Of a stretch of DNA of 59,291 bases, positions 50,301-59,291 are shown piece after piece. The stretch lies in sequence record SRR20825019_327. One strand, given 5' to 3'. A program made the translations under genes and the position numbers. The notes under the pieces are model-generated. The model worked only from the letters and a program-made list of their open reading frames with translations. It searched no databases and was not told where the DNA came from. Position 1 is the first letter of the stretch; each line of letters starts with the position of its first letter.

Positions 50301-51971
50301 ATGGCTTCCTATCAGTATGTCTACCAAATGCAAAAGCTGTCCAAAACCTATGCGGGCGGCAAGCAGGTTCTGAACAATATCTCGCTCAACTTCATGCCGG
50401 AGGCGAAGATCGCCGTTATCGGTCAAAACGGTGCCGGTAAATCGACACTGATGAAGATCATGGCGGGTTATGACACGGAGTTTGCGGGCGAAGCGTGGGC
50501 TGCAGATGGTATCCGTGTGGGCTACCTGCCGCAGGAGCCCAAGCTGAACGAAGAAAAAGACGTGCTTGGTAACGTGATGGAAGGCCTTGCCAAAACCCAG
50601 GCGCTGGTTGACGAGTTCAACCAGGTTGCGGGCGATTATGGCATGGACCCTGATAACATGGACCTCCTCAACCGTATGGGTGAGTTGCAGGAACAGATCG
50701 ACGCTGCCGATGCGTGGGACCTGCAGTCTCAGGCTGAAGTCGCGATGGACGCGCTTTGCTGCCCGCCAAACGATTGGTCCGTCGACAAGCTTTCAGGTGG
50801 TGAACGCCGCCGTGTGGCGCTTTGCAAACTGTTGCTTGAGAAGCCTGAAATTCTACTGCTCGATGAGCCGACCAACCACCTTGATGCTGAAACCGTGGCG
50901 TGGCTTGAGAAACACCTGCAGCAATATAAGGGCTGTGTGATCCTTGTAACTCACGACCGTTACTTCCTTGATAATGTTGTGGGCTGGGTGCTTGAGCTTG
51001 ACCGAGGACAGGGCATCCCGTTTGAAGGCAACTATAGCGCGTGGCTTGAGATGAAAACCAAGCGTATGGCGCAGGAAGAGCGTTCCGACAAGGCTCGCCA
51101 AAAAGCCATGCAGTCTGAGCTTGAGTGGATCAGGCAATCACCAAAAGCGCGCCAAGCCAAGTCAAAAGCCCGTATCAAGGCTTATGACGAAATGCTTGAG
51201 CAACAGCACGACCGCGTTGCCGGCCCGGCCCAGATCAAGATCCAGCCACCAGCCCGCCTTGGCGGCAAAGTGATCGAAGCCAAGGGCCTCACGAAGGCAT
51301 TTGGTGACAAACTTCTGTTTGATGGCCTTGATTTCAGCCTGCCGCCCGGCGGTATTGTGGGCGTGATTGGGCCAAACGGTGCGGGTAAAACCACGCTCTT
51401 CAAGCTGATTACCGGACAGGAAAAGCCGGATTCAGGCGAAATCGGCGTTGGTGAAACGGTACAGCTTGGTTATGTGGACCAAAGCCGTGATGCGCTTGAT
51501 GCCAATAAAAACGTCTGGCAGGAAATCTCTGGCGGGCATGATGTGTTCTACTTCGGCAAACATGAAGTGAATACGCGGGCTTACGTTGGCGCGTTCAACT
51601 TCAAGGGCGGCGACCAACAGAAGAAGGTTGGCCTGCTTTCTGGTGGTGAACGGAACCGGGTGCATTTGGCGAAAATGCTGAAAGAAGGCGGCAACGTGCT
51701 GCTCCTCGATGAGCCGACAAACGACCTTGATACGGAAACATTGGCGGCACTCGAGGAAGCGCTTGAAAACTTCGCTGGTTGCGCTGTGGTTATCAGCCAC
51801 GACCGCTTCTTCCTTGACCGTATTGCGACCCACATCCTTGCGTTTGAAGGGGACAGCCACGTTGAGTGGTTTGAAGGTAACTTCGAAGCGTATGAAGAAG
51901 ACAAAAAGCGTCGCCTTGGCGCGGATGCAACACAACCTCATCGCATCAAATACCGCCGCTTCACACGATAA
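50301..51971 (+). CDS. ettA: Energy-dependent translational throttle protein (ABC-F)
   Basis: GQNGAGKST, LSGGERRRV, ELEWIRQSPKARQAKSKARI linker, LSGGERNRVHLA, THILAFEG. Confidence 0.95.
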   Translation: MASYQYVYQMQKLSKTYAGGKQVLNNISLNFMPEAKIAVIGQNGAGKSTLMKIMAGYDTEFAGEAWAADGIRVGYLPQEPKLNEEKDVLGNVMEGLAKTQALVDEFNQVAGDYGMDPDNMDLLNRMGELQEQIDAADAWDLQSQAEVAMDALCCPPNDWSVDKLSGGERRRVALCKLLLEKPEILLLDEPTNHLDAETVAWLEKHLQQYKGCVILVTHDRYFLDNVVGWVLELDRGQGIPFEGNYSAWLEMKTKRMAQEERSDKARQKAMQSELEWIRQSPKARQAKSKARIKAYDEMLEQQHDRVAGPAQIKIQPPARLGGKVIEAKGLTKAFGDKLLFDGLDFSLPPGGIVGVIGPNGAGKTTLFKLITGQEKPDSGEIGVGETVQLGYVDQSRDALDANKNVWQEISGGHDVFYFGKHEVNTRAYVGAFNFKGGDQQKKVGLLSGGERNRVHLAKMLKEGGNVLLLDEPTNDLDTETLAALEEALENFAGCAVVISHDRFFLDRIATHILAFEGDSHVEWFEGNFEAYEEDKKRRLGADATQPHRIKYRRFTR

Positions 51972-51994
51972 ACTGGCGACGGTCCAGATAAATG

Positions 51995-52027
51995 AATAAG
52001 GGGCCTCAGTGGCTCCTTATTTTTTTG
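51995..52027 (+). terminator. Intrinsic terminator after ettA
   Basis: AATAAGGGGCC-TCAGT-GGCTCCTTATT followed by a T run. Confidence 0.85.
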
Positions 52028-52141
52028 TCTCTGGTATGAAACCATGGTTTTCATTCACAAAATGGGCATTTTCTCTGTCTTCCCATGAGGCTGGGCGTGT
52101 TTGTGTCGTCAGCCACCACTTGGAAATGGGAGGAGGCGTTT

Positions 52142-52984
52142 ATGAAATCCGGAATTTTGAAGAAAGCGCGCCACAGCACAGCGTTGATGGCGTTTATGTT
52201 TGGGGCAAGTGCGGCACAGGCAGACCCTGCGGCGCTACTTGGAAAAACCATTTGCGACAACCAGGCGGATAGTTTTGATTATCAGTGGATTACCGCGAAT
52301 GTTGCAGATGTTGACCTGTTTTTCCTTTCTGGCGACACGGTGGAAAACGGCACGATCAATGCTGTTGGTCATGAGGAAGATTTCAACGATGCAGATGATG
52401 TATATATCGCGCTGCACGGGGCAGTGGATGTCGTCGGGGATTTCAGCGGTGCAGACTTTGCTGCGCTCTTCCTCGCAAACCATGCGAGCACTCCCACCAG
52501 TGTCACGTTTTATGTATGCCAGTCCGGCACCCCACCTGAGGGTGGTGTGAGCAGCATGGCTGCTCTTGCCAGGAGCTACCCTGGCGAGGTCGAGCATTCC
52601 ACGCTAATTGGTGCGGTGAATGCGCCGGGGCCGAACACCTGCCCGGCATTGGCCGTAGATGCAGACGCGGAGCCCTTCGACCCGATCGATGCGCTTGGGC
52701 AGGCTGTCTATCACACGGACATCGACCATACGGACGATTTTGACGAACGTCTGGCCTATCTGATGGACCGCTGGGATGGAGGTGGTGTCACCTACCCGGA
52801 TACCGAACAAACCTATGAGGATTATTGCGAAGCCCAACTCGCGAATGACCCGACAGGGCAGTGGGTGAGCGGTTTTATCGCAAACGTCAATGCCCAGTTT
52901 GGCGCGGCATATTTAAGCCTCGTTAACGCGAACTACGGCGGTGATGACCTCGTTACCTGCGGGCCGGATGTCCAGTGTGACTAG
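52142..52984 (+). CDS. Secreted acidic hypothetical protein with clan CD (C80-like) His/Cys motifs
   Basis: GGAGG RBS; signal peptide ending ASAAQA; VYIALHG...VGDFSGADFAALF...PTSVTFYVCQSG; six Cys in total. Confidence 0.6.
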   Translation: MKSGILKKARHSTALMAFMFGASAAQADPAALLGKTICDNQADSFDYQWITANVADVDLFFLSGDTVENGTINAVGHEEDFNDADDVYIALHGAVDVVGDFSGADFAALFLANHASTPTSVTFYVCQSGTPPEGGVSSMAALARSYPGEVEHSTLIGAVNAPGPNTCPALAVDADAEPFDPIDALGQAVYHTDIDHTDDFDERLAYLMDRWDGGGVTYPDTEQTYEDYCEAQLANDPTGQWVSGFIANVNAQFGAAYLSLVNANYGGDDLVTCGPDVQCD

Positions 52985-53005
52985 CAGCTAGCCCACACAC
53001 AGCCT

Positions 53006-53815
53006 CTACTCTTGGGGCTGTGTGCCACTTTCCTCGGCGTCAATCTCTGCTTGCTGCTCTTCAAGCATGTCGAAAAGGTCTTCTTCCGGCTCTGGCGGGT
53101 TGCCGTCAAAAATTTCATGACGACGGTTCTGCCAATAAAGTGAGCGCGAGATGACATAAGGGTCATCTTCCTTGTAAAGCTCGTTGATCTCATCATGGAA
53201 ACGCACCCGCGCATCAAAGGCATCAATGCCGGTACGGATCATGCTCAGGTCGAAAAACTTGCCGCTGTCGTCAATTTCCTTAAGCGTAAGCGCGGTTGGA
53301 TCGGCGAGGAAATAGGTACCGAAGCCAATGGCGTCTCGCCCATTTGAAGAACCAAGGAACGGCAACACAAGATACGGCCCGTCGCCAATGCCCCAGGTGG
53401 CCAGCGTTTGGCCGAAGTCTTCACTATGGTAGGGGATGCCCATGTCGTCAGACACCTTGAAAAGCCCTGCCATGCCCACTGTGCTGTTGACAAGGAAACG
53501 CCCTAGTGTGCGCCCGGCCCGTTTGAACTTGAATTGAAGAATATCGTTCACGAACACCCATGGTTCCCTGAGGTTGCGCATCACGTTTGAAACACCGTCT
53601 CGTGGTGCTTCAGGCACCACGGCAATATAGGCGGCGCTGATCGGGCGAATAAGGGCCCGGTCTGTTACCCGGTTAAACTCAAACACGGCGCGGTTCATTG
53701 GCTCAAGCGGATCATATGCTTCAGTCGCAACGTCAGGCCGGGTGGAAGCGCAAGCGGCTGTCATCATCAACAGCAGGACGCTCATCAACCGTTTTGAGTT
53801 CTGGAGAAATGTCAT
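53006..53815 (-). CDS. mlaA: VacJ/MlaA family lipoprotein
   Basis: Lipobox TAAC, DPLEPMNR..F.FN, RFLVNSTVG, EDFGQTL..WG..GPYLVLPFLG, DPY. Confidence 0.93.
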   Translation of the reverse strand: MTFLQNSKRLMSVLLLMMTAACASTRPDVATEAYDPLEPMNRAVFEFNRVTDRALIRPISAAYIAVVPEAPRDGVSNVMRNLREPWVFVNDILQFKFKRAGRTLGRFLVNSTVGMAGLFKVSDDMGIPYHSEDFGQTLATWGIGDGPYLVLPFLGSSNGRDAIGFGTYFLADPTALTLKEIDDSGKFFDLSMIRTGIDAFDARVRFHDEINELYKEDDPYVISRSLYWQNRRHEIFDGNPPEPEEDLFDMLEEQQAEIDAEESGTQPQE

Positions 53816-54007
53816 AAAGTCCTCTGTCGTACAGGCGTGTCTAGCGGGCTTGTCTTATATTTTTTTGTTCGAATATTTCGACAATGTGGCAATAGTGGGA
53901 TGCTTGTACAAGAGGAATGCTGTAGTTTCACCTATGAAAAGTTCACGTTTTGATGAACGTGCTTTAGAAAAATTTGCCTCTCACCCACAGAAAATCATCA
54001 CTTTACA

Positions 54008-54029
54008 AATATAAAGAAATCTTTATATT
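54008..54029. promoter_or_regulatory. SahR operator palindrome
   Basis: AATATAAAG-AAAT-CTTTATATT, about 30 nt upstream of the ArsR-methyltransferase gene heading the met operon. Confidence 0.8.
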
Positions 54030-54060
54030 GAACTTCATTCGAGTTTGAGGATCAGCCGTT

Positions 54061-55002
54061 ATGGATGAATTGTTAGCAGCCCTCCGCGCAGCGGGTGAAG
54101 CCACGCGGCTTCGCGTTCTTGCTCTCCTTGGCAAGGGTGAACTGACCGTGGGCGAGCTTGTTCATATTCTGGACCAAAGCCAGCCGCGTGTATCGCGGCA
54201 TCTGAAATTGATGGGCGAAGCCGGGCTTCTGGACCGCTTCCAGGAGGGCACACAGGTGTTTTATCGCCTTTCGGACAGTGGCCTTGGTGCGGAACTGAAC
54301 GCCGCGCTGCTTGCCCTATTGGCGGACGACGGCGAAGCGCTTGAAGGTGACTTCAAGGTGCTTGAAGACATTCGCGCAGAACGGTTTGAGAAGGCGCAAG
54401 CCTACTTTAGGGCCCACGCGGCTGAGTGGGACCAGATACGGTCCCTGTATGTTGCTGAGGCGGAAGTTGAACAGGCGCTCCTTGATATGCAGGGCGGGGC
54501 CAAGGTTGAGCGCTTCCTTGATATGGGCACCGGGACCGGGCGCATGCTTGAGGTGTTCGCGCAGCTGGCATTACAGGGGCTGGGCATAGATGTATCGCGT
54601 GACATGTTATCAGTGGCGCGCAGCAACCTTGCCATGAAGTCGCTTGACCACTGTCAGGTGCGGCAGGGTGACATGTATGAACTGCTTTTAGGCGATGAAA
54701 GCGAAGACCTTGTGCTTTTTCATCAGGTTTTGCACTTCGCAGATGATCCGCAGCGCGCGCTCAAGGAAGCCGCGCGCGTGCTGGCGCCGGGCGGCACACT
54801 TCTGGTGGCAGATTTTGCACCGCACAGGGAAGAATTTCTACGTGACGAACAGGCGCATCGCCGCCTCGGCTTCGCGGATGAGGAAGTCAGCCACTGGTGT
54901 GAGCAGGCAGGCCTTAAAACAACAGAAATACGCCACCTTGATGGTGGGCGCCTCAGGGTAACGATTTGGCGGTGCGACAAGCCCGCAGATGTAAAGGAGT
55001 AG
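54061..55002 (+). CDS. sahR: ArsR-HTH plus SAM-binding methyltransferase-fold regulator (SahR)
   Basis: LRAAGEATRLR, QSQPRVSRHLK, LDMGTGTGR, HQVLH, DFAPH, HRRLGF; precedes metF-metH. Confidence 0.88.
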   Translation: MDELLAALRAAGEATRLRVLALLGKGELTVGELVHILDQSQPRVSRHLKLMGEAGLLDRFQEGTQVFYRLSDSGLGAELNAALLALLADDGEALEGDFKVLEDIRAERFEKAQAYFRAHAAEWDQIRSLYVAEAEVEQALLDMQGGAKVERFLDMGTGTGRMLEVFAQLALQGLGIDVSRDMLSVARSNLAMKSLDHCQVRQGDMYELLLGDESEDLVLFHQVLHFADDPQRALKEAARVLAPGGTLLVADFAPHREEFLRDEQAHRRLGFADEEVSHWCEQAGLKTTEIRHLDGGRLRVTIWRCDKPADVKE

Positions 55003-55006
55003 GGTG

Positions 55007-55939
55007 ATGGTACCCACAAACGGTTCAAGGTCTGTTACGCACCTTGCTTCAAGAGCACGGTCGCTGTTTCAGGAGATCGCGAGCGATGTGAACGTTTCTT
55101 TTGAATTCTTCCCGCCTAAAACGCCGAAGATGGAAGAAACCCTGTGGAACTCTATCAAGACGCTTGAGGCGCTGAACCCCAATTTTGTCTCCGTCACCTA
55201 TGGTGCGGGTGGTTCCACGCGGGAACGCACCCACAAAACCGTAAAACGTATTCTGGATGAAACCTCGCTTACCCCTGCGGCGCACCTCACTTGTGTGGGC
55301 GCTACCAAGGATGAAGTGAATGAGGTGGTGCGTGATTACTGGGACGCGGGCGTTCGGTCTATTGTGGCGCTGCGCGGTGACCCGGCGGAAGGTACGAGCA
55401 GGTATGAGCCGCACCCGGGTGGATATGCGAACGGGGCTGAATTGGTCGCGGGTCTGCGTGCTATCGGTGATTTTGATATCTCGGTTGCGGCCTATCCTGA
55501 GCGCCACCCGGATAGCCCGACGCTGGCCGCGGACCTGGAAAACCTCAAGCGCAAGGTAGATGCTGGCGCGAACCGGGCAATCACCCAGTTCTTTTTTGAG
55601 CCGGATGCCTATTTCCGTTTCCTCGACCACTGCGAAAGTTATGGCATCGACGTGCCCGTGGTGCCGGGTATTTTGCCCGTAACCAATTTCACCACGCTTA
55701 AAAGCTTTGCGGGCAGCTGTGGTGCGGCGTTGCCGTCCTGGCTCGCCGATATGTTTGAAGGGCTTGATGACAAGCCGCAAACCCGCAGCCTTGTGGCCGC
55801 GAGCGTTGCGGCCGAGATGGTGCGCAGGCTTTATGAAGGCGGTGTGCGAGATTTCCACTTCTATACTCTGAACCGCGCGGAGCTAACCTATGCCATCTGC
55901 CATATGCTTGGCATTCGCGGCACGGACGAGGAGGCTTGA
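55007..55939 (+). CDS. metF: Methylenetetrahydrofolate reductase
   Basis: [43 protein letters not shown]. Confidence 0.97.
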   Translation: MVPTNGSRSVTHLASRARSLFQEIASDVNVSFEFFPPKTPKMEETLWNSIKTLEALNPNFVSVTYGAGGSTRERTHKTVKRILDETSLTPAAHLTCVGATKDEVNEVVRDYWDAGVRSIVALRGDPAEGTSRYEPHPGGYANGAELVAGLRAIGDFDISVAAYPERHPDSPTLAADLENLKRKVDAGANRAITQFFFEPDAYFRFLDHCESYGIDVPVVPGILPVTNFTTLKSFAGSCGAALPSWLADMFEGLDDKPQTRSLVAASVAAEMVRRLYEGGVRDFHFYTLNRAELTYAICHMLGIRGTDEEA

Positions 55940-55941
55940 CC

Positions 55942-57009
55942 ATGACAAATAAACTGGACCTTTTGAACAAGCTGGCTTCTGAACGTATTCTGGTGATGGA
56001 CGGTGCCATGGGCACCATGATCCAGAAGAAAAAACTGCAGGAAGCAGACTATCGGGGTGAGCGTTTCAAGGATTGGCCGTCTGACCTGAAGGGCAATAAC
56101 GACCTTCTGGTGCTGACGAATCCTGACGTAATCGCTGATATTCATGACGCGTTTCTGGCGGCCGGTGCGGACATCATTGAAACCGATACCTTCAATGGCA
56201 CGTCGATCTCCATGGCGGACTATGACATGCAATCACTGGCGCGCGAGATCAATGTGGAAGGCGCACGCCTTGCCCGCCGTGTTGCGGATGAATGGACAGC
56301 GCGCACACCAGACAAACCCCGCTTTGTTGCTGGGTCTGTAGGCCCGACCAACAAAACGCTGAGCGTTTCACCAGATGTGAATAACCCTGGCTTTCGTGAA
56401 GTGAACTTCGATGATGTTGTCGCGGCTTACGAGGAACAGGTGGACGGCCTGATCGAAGGCGGTGCAGACATCATCCTGATTGAAACCGTGTTTGATACCC
56501 TGAACGCCAAGGCGGCGATTTTCGCGACCGAGAACGTGTTTGAGAAACGCGGCACCAAGCTGCCGATCATGCTTTCCTGCACGGTAACGGATATGTCTGG
56601 CCGCAACCTCTCGGGCCAGACGGTCGAGGCGTTCTGGTATTCAGTTCGCCACGCAAAACCGTTTACCATTGGTCTCAATTGCGCCTTTGGGGCGGAACAT
56701 TTGCGCCCGCATGCGGTTACCCTCTCCCGCATCGCAGATGCACGCATCGCTATCTACCCTAACGCAGGACTGCCAAATGAGATGGGCGAATATGATGAAA
56801 CGCCTGAGGTAACCGGCGGTCACCTGAAAGAGTGGGCGGAAGAAGGGCTTCTGAATATCGTTGGTGGGTGCTGCGGGACAACGCCCGAGCATATCGCAGC
56901 GATCGCAAAGGCGGTTGAGGGCATGCAGCCCCGGCGCGTGCCCAAGCACAAGCCTGCCATGCGCCTCTCTGGCATTGACCCCATCACCATTATTAACGCG
57001 GCCGAGTAA
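55942..57009 (+). CDS. metH: Methionine synthase N-terminal module (homocysteine S-methyltransferase), split MetH part 1
   Basis: [46 protein letters not shown]. Confidence 0.93.
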   Translation: MTNKLDLLNKLASERILVMDGAMGTMIQKKKLQEADYRGERFKDWPSDLKGNNDLLVLTNPDVIADIHDAFLAAGADIIETDTFNGTSISMADYDMQSLAREINVEGARLARRVADEWTARTPDKPRFVAGSVGPTNKTLSVSPDVNNPGFREVNFDDVVAAYEEQVDGLIEGGADIILIETVFDTLNAKAAIFATENVFEKRGTKLPIMLSCTVTDMSGRNLSGQTVEAFWYSVRHAKPFTIGLNCAFGAEHLRPHAVTLSRIADARIAIYPNAGLPNEMGEYDETPEVTGGHLKEWAEEGLLNIVGGCCGTTPEHIAAIAKAVEGMQPRRVPKHKPAMRLSGIDPITIINAAE

Positions 57010-57014
57010 GAATT

Positions 57015-59291
57015 ATGAGTAGACCCACAGCCCAGTTCATCAACGTCGGCGAACGTACCAATGTTGCGGGATCAGCCAAATTCAAGAAGCTGATCTTTGA
57101 AGAGAACTATGAAGAAGCCGTTTCTATCGCCCGCCATCAGGTTGAAGGCGGCGCGCAGATCATCGACATCAACTTTGATGACGCGATGCTGGATGCCGAA
57201 GAAGCGATGGAGAAATTCCTCAAGCTGATGGCGGCAGAGCCGGATATCGCGCGTGTGCCGGTGATGATCGACAGTTCCAAATGGTCGGTGATCGAGACAG
57301 GCCTCAAATGTGTGCAGGGCAAGGCGGTGGTCAATTCCATCAGCCTAAAGGAAGGTGAGGAGCCTTTCATTGCGCAAGCGAAACGAATATTGCGTTATGG
57401 CGCCGCCGTGGTGGTGATGGCGTTTGATACCAAGGGGCAGGCGGACACCATTGAGCGCAAGTTCGGTATCTGTAAACGCTCTTACGATATTCTGGTGAAC
57501 GAGGTTGGGTTTCCGCCTGAGGATATTATCTTTGACCCGAACATCTTCGCAGTCGCCACCGGCATTGAAGAGCACGACAATTACGGTGTCGACTTCATTG
57601 AAGCCACACGATTGATAAAGCAGAATTTGCCGCATGCCAAAGTGTCGGGTGGTGTGTCCAACATCTCCTTCTCCTTCCGGGGCAACAACCCGGTGCGGGA
57701 GGCGATGCACAGCGTATTCCTTTATCACGCCATTCGTGCGGGCATGGATATGGGCATTGTGAACGCAGGCCAGCTCACGGTATACTCTGACATTCCTCCG
57801 GAGCTGAAGGAACGGGTAGAGGACGTGATCCTCAACCGCCGGTCAGATGCTACGGAACGCCTGCTTGAAATTGCTGACCAGTTCAAAGGGCAAGGTGGTA
57901 TCGCCCGCGTGGAAGACCTATCCTGGCGCGAACAGCCGGTTGCCAAGCGGCTGGAGCATGCGCTCGTCAAAGGCATTGCGGATTATATCATTGAGGATAC
58001 GGAAGAAGCCCGGCAGATGTTTGCCCGCCCGATCGAGGTGATCGAAGGCCCGCTGATGGACGGTATGAACGTGGTGGGTGACCTGTTTGGCGCGGGTGAG
58101 ATGTTCCTGCCGCAAGTGGTGAAATCCGCCCGTGTGATGAAGCAGTCGGTGAATTACCTGCAACCCTATATTGAAGCCGAGAAAGCTGAAGGCGCAAAAG
58201 CCAAAGGCAAGATCGTGATGGCGACAGTTAAAGGCGACGTACACGATATTGGAAAAAACATCGTCGGCGTGGTGCTGCAGTGTAATAATTTTGAGGTGAT
58301 CGACCTTGGCGTGATGGTGCCATGGTCTGACATCCTAAAGGCTGCGAACGACCACGGCGCGGATATGATTGGCCTGTCTGGCCTGATCACACCAAGTCTT
58401 GATGAAATGGTCACGGTCGCGCACGAGATGGAACGCTCCGGCTTCAGCACACCGCTTTTGATTGGTGGTGCCACAACAAGCCGGGTGCATACGGCGGTGA
58501 AGATCGCGCCGGAATACTCAGGTGCTGTGACCCATGTGCTGGATGCTTCCCGCGCGGTGGGTGTGGCCAGCACGCTGGTGTCCGAGGGCATGCGCGCTGA
58601 TTTTGTCGCCAAGGTGAAAGCCGAGTATGACGATATCCGGCAAAAGCGCCTCGCTAACCCCAAGGTGAACCGGCTGGTGAGCCTGGAGGGCGCGCGCATC
58701 AACAAAGCGACCCCTGATTTTGAGGGCTTCACACCTGTGCGCCCTGCCTTTACCGGTACGCGGGTGTTTGATGATTATCCGCTGGAGGAACTGGTTGAAC
58801 GCATTGACTGGACACCGTTCTTCCGCACGTGGGAGCTGGCGGGCAATTATCCTGCTATCCTTGAAGACAAGGTCGTGGGCGAAAGCGCGCGCAGCCTGTT
58901 CGCGGACGCAAAAGCCATGCTCAAACAGATTGTGGATGAGAAGTGGTTGACTGCTAAAGCTGTTGTAGGGTTCTGGCCGGCAAATGCGGACGGGGATGAT
59001 GTGGTGCTTTATACCGGGGATAACCGGTCTGAAGAGCTTACACGCGTTCATTTTCTCCGGCAGCAGGTGCAGAAACGCGAAGGCCGTGCGAATGATTGTC
59101 TGGCAGACTTTGTGGCCCCTGTGGGCACAAAACCTGACTGGTTTGGTGGTTTTGCGGTTACGACAGGCCACGGTATCGAAAAACATCTGGCGCGCTTCAA
59201 GGCAGCGCATGACGACTATAATGATATCCTCCTCAAAGCGTTGGCTGACCGTCTGGCCGAAGCTTTTGCCGAGCGCATGCATGAGCGGGTA
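57015..59291 (+). CDS. metH: Methionine synthase C-terminal modules (pterin-binding, cap, B12-binding, start of activation domain), split MetH part 2; truncated at window end
   Basis: Translated by hand from ATG 57015: [83 protein letters not shown]. Confidence 0.93.
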   Translation, partial: MSRPTAQFINVGERTNVAGSAKFKKLIFEENYEEAVSIARHQVEGGAQIIDINFDDAMLDAEEAMEKFLKLMAAEPDIARVPVMIDSSKWSVIETGLKCVQGKAVVNSISLKEGEEPFIAQAKRILRYGAAVVVMAFDTKGQADTIERKFGICKRSYDILVNEVGFPPEDIIFDPNIFAVATGIEEHDNYGVDFIEATRLIKQNLPHAKVSGGVSNISFSFRGNNPVREAMHSVFLYHAIRAGMDMGIVNAGQLTVYSDIPPELKERVEDVILNRRSDATERLLEIADQFKGQGGIARVEDLSWREQPVAKRLEHALVKGIADYIIEDTEEARQMFARPIEVIEGPLMDGMNVVGDLFGAGEMFLPQVVKSARVMKQSVNYLQPYIEAEKAEGAKAKGKIVMATVKGDVHDIGKNIVGVVLQCNNFEVIDLGVMVPWSDILKAANDHGADMIGLSGLITPSLDEMVTVAHEMERSGFSTPLLIGGATTSRVHTAVKIAPEYSGAVTHVLDASRAVGVASTLVSEGMRADFVAKVKAEYDDIRQKRLANPKVNRLVSLEGARINKATPDFEGFTPVRPAFTGTRVFDDYPLEELVERIDWTPFFRTWELAGNYPAILEDKVVGESARSLFADAKAMLKQIVDEKWLTAKAVVGFWPANADGDDVVLYTGDNRSEELTRVHFLRQQVQKREGRANDCLADFVAPVGTKPDWFGGFAVTTGHGIEKHLARFKAAHDDYNDILLKALADRLAEAFAERMHERV

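Overview
Housekeeping-rich chromosomal segment of a GC-rich alphaproteobacterium, probably marine (gene content and order look Kordiimonas/Sphingomonadales-like; this is inference). In order: tandem glycine riboswitch and gcvT-H-PA-PB; a REC-EAL protein; TetR plus a HlyD/ABC efflux operon; an iodotyrosine-deiodinase-like nitroreductase and MarR; a LexA-boxed radical SAM gene; putA; an old yellow enzyme; a glutathione peroxidase; phyH-ferredoxin reductase-rlmJ; rmuC; a small-ORF/structured-RNA locus; a PAS protein; rnhB-ccrM; a three-gene accessory insert; mutY/DUF721-dsbA-dsbA-smc; the F0 ATP synthase operon; fieF-arsC-phzF; an ECF sigma pair; a second glutathione peroxidase; SpdH-like oxidoreductase with an NSS transporter and epoxide hydrolase; pecS-pecM; argO, two GSTs, GFA, ettA; an orphan secreted protein; mlaA; and sahR-metF-split metH, truncated at the window end. 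No tRNA, rRNA, CRISPR, transposase or phage genes were seen. The best leads for something undescribed are (1) a promoter-flanked 46-aa Arg-rich ORF ending in an ssrA-like LAA with a long structured 3' RNA, (2) a stand-alone secreted protein with a C80/clan-CD-like His-Cys dyad, and (3) the insert between ccrM and mutY carrying a GH64-like protein, a 37-aa Lys-rich peptide and a sulfotransferase-like protein. All calls come from motif recognition by eye; no database searches were run, and start codons were chosen by RBS inspection.
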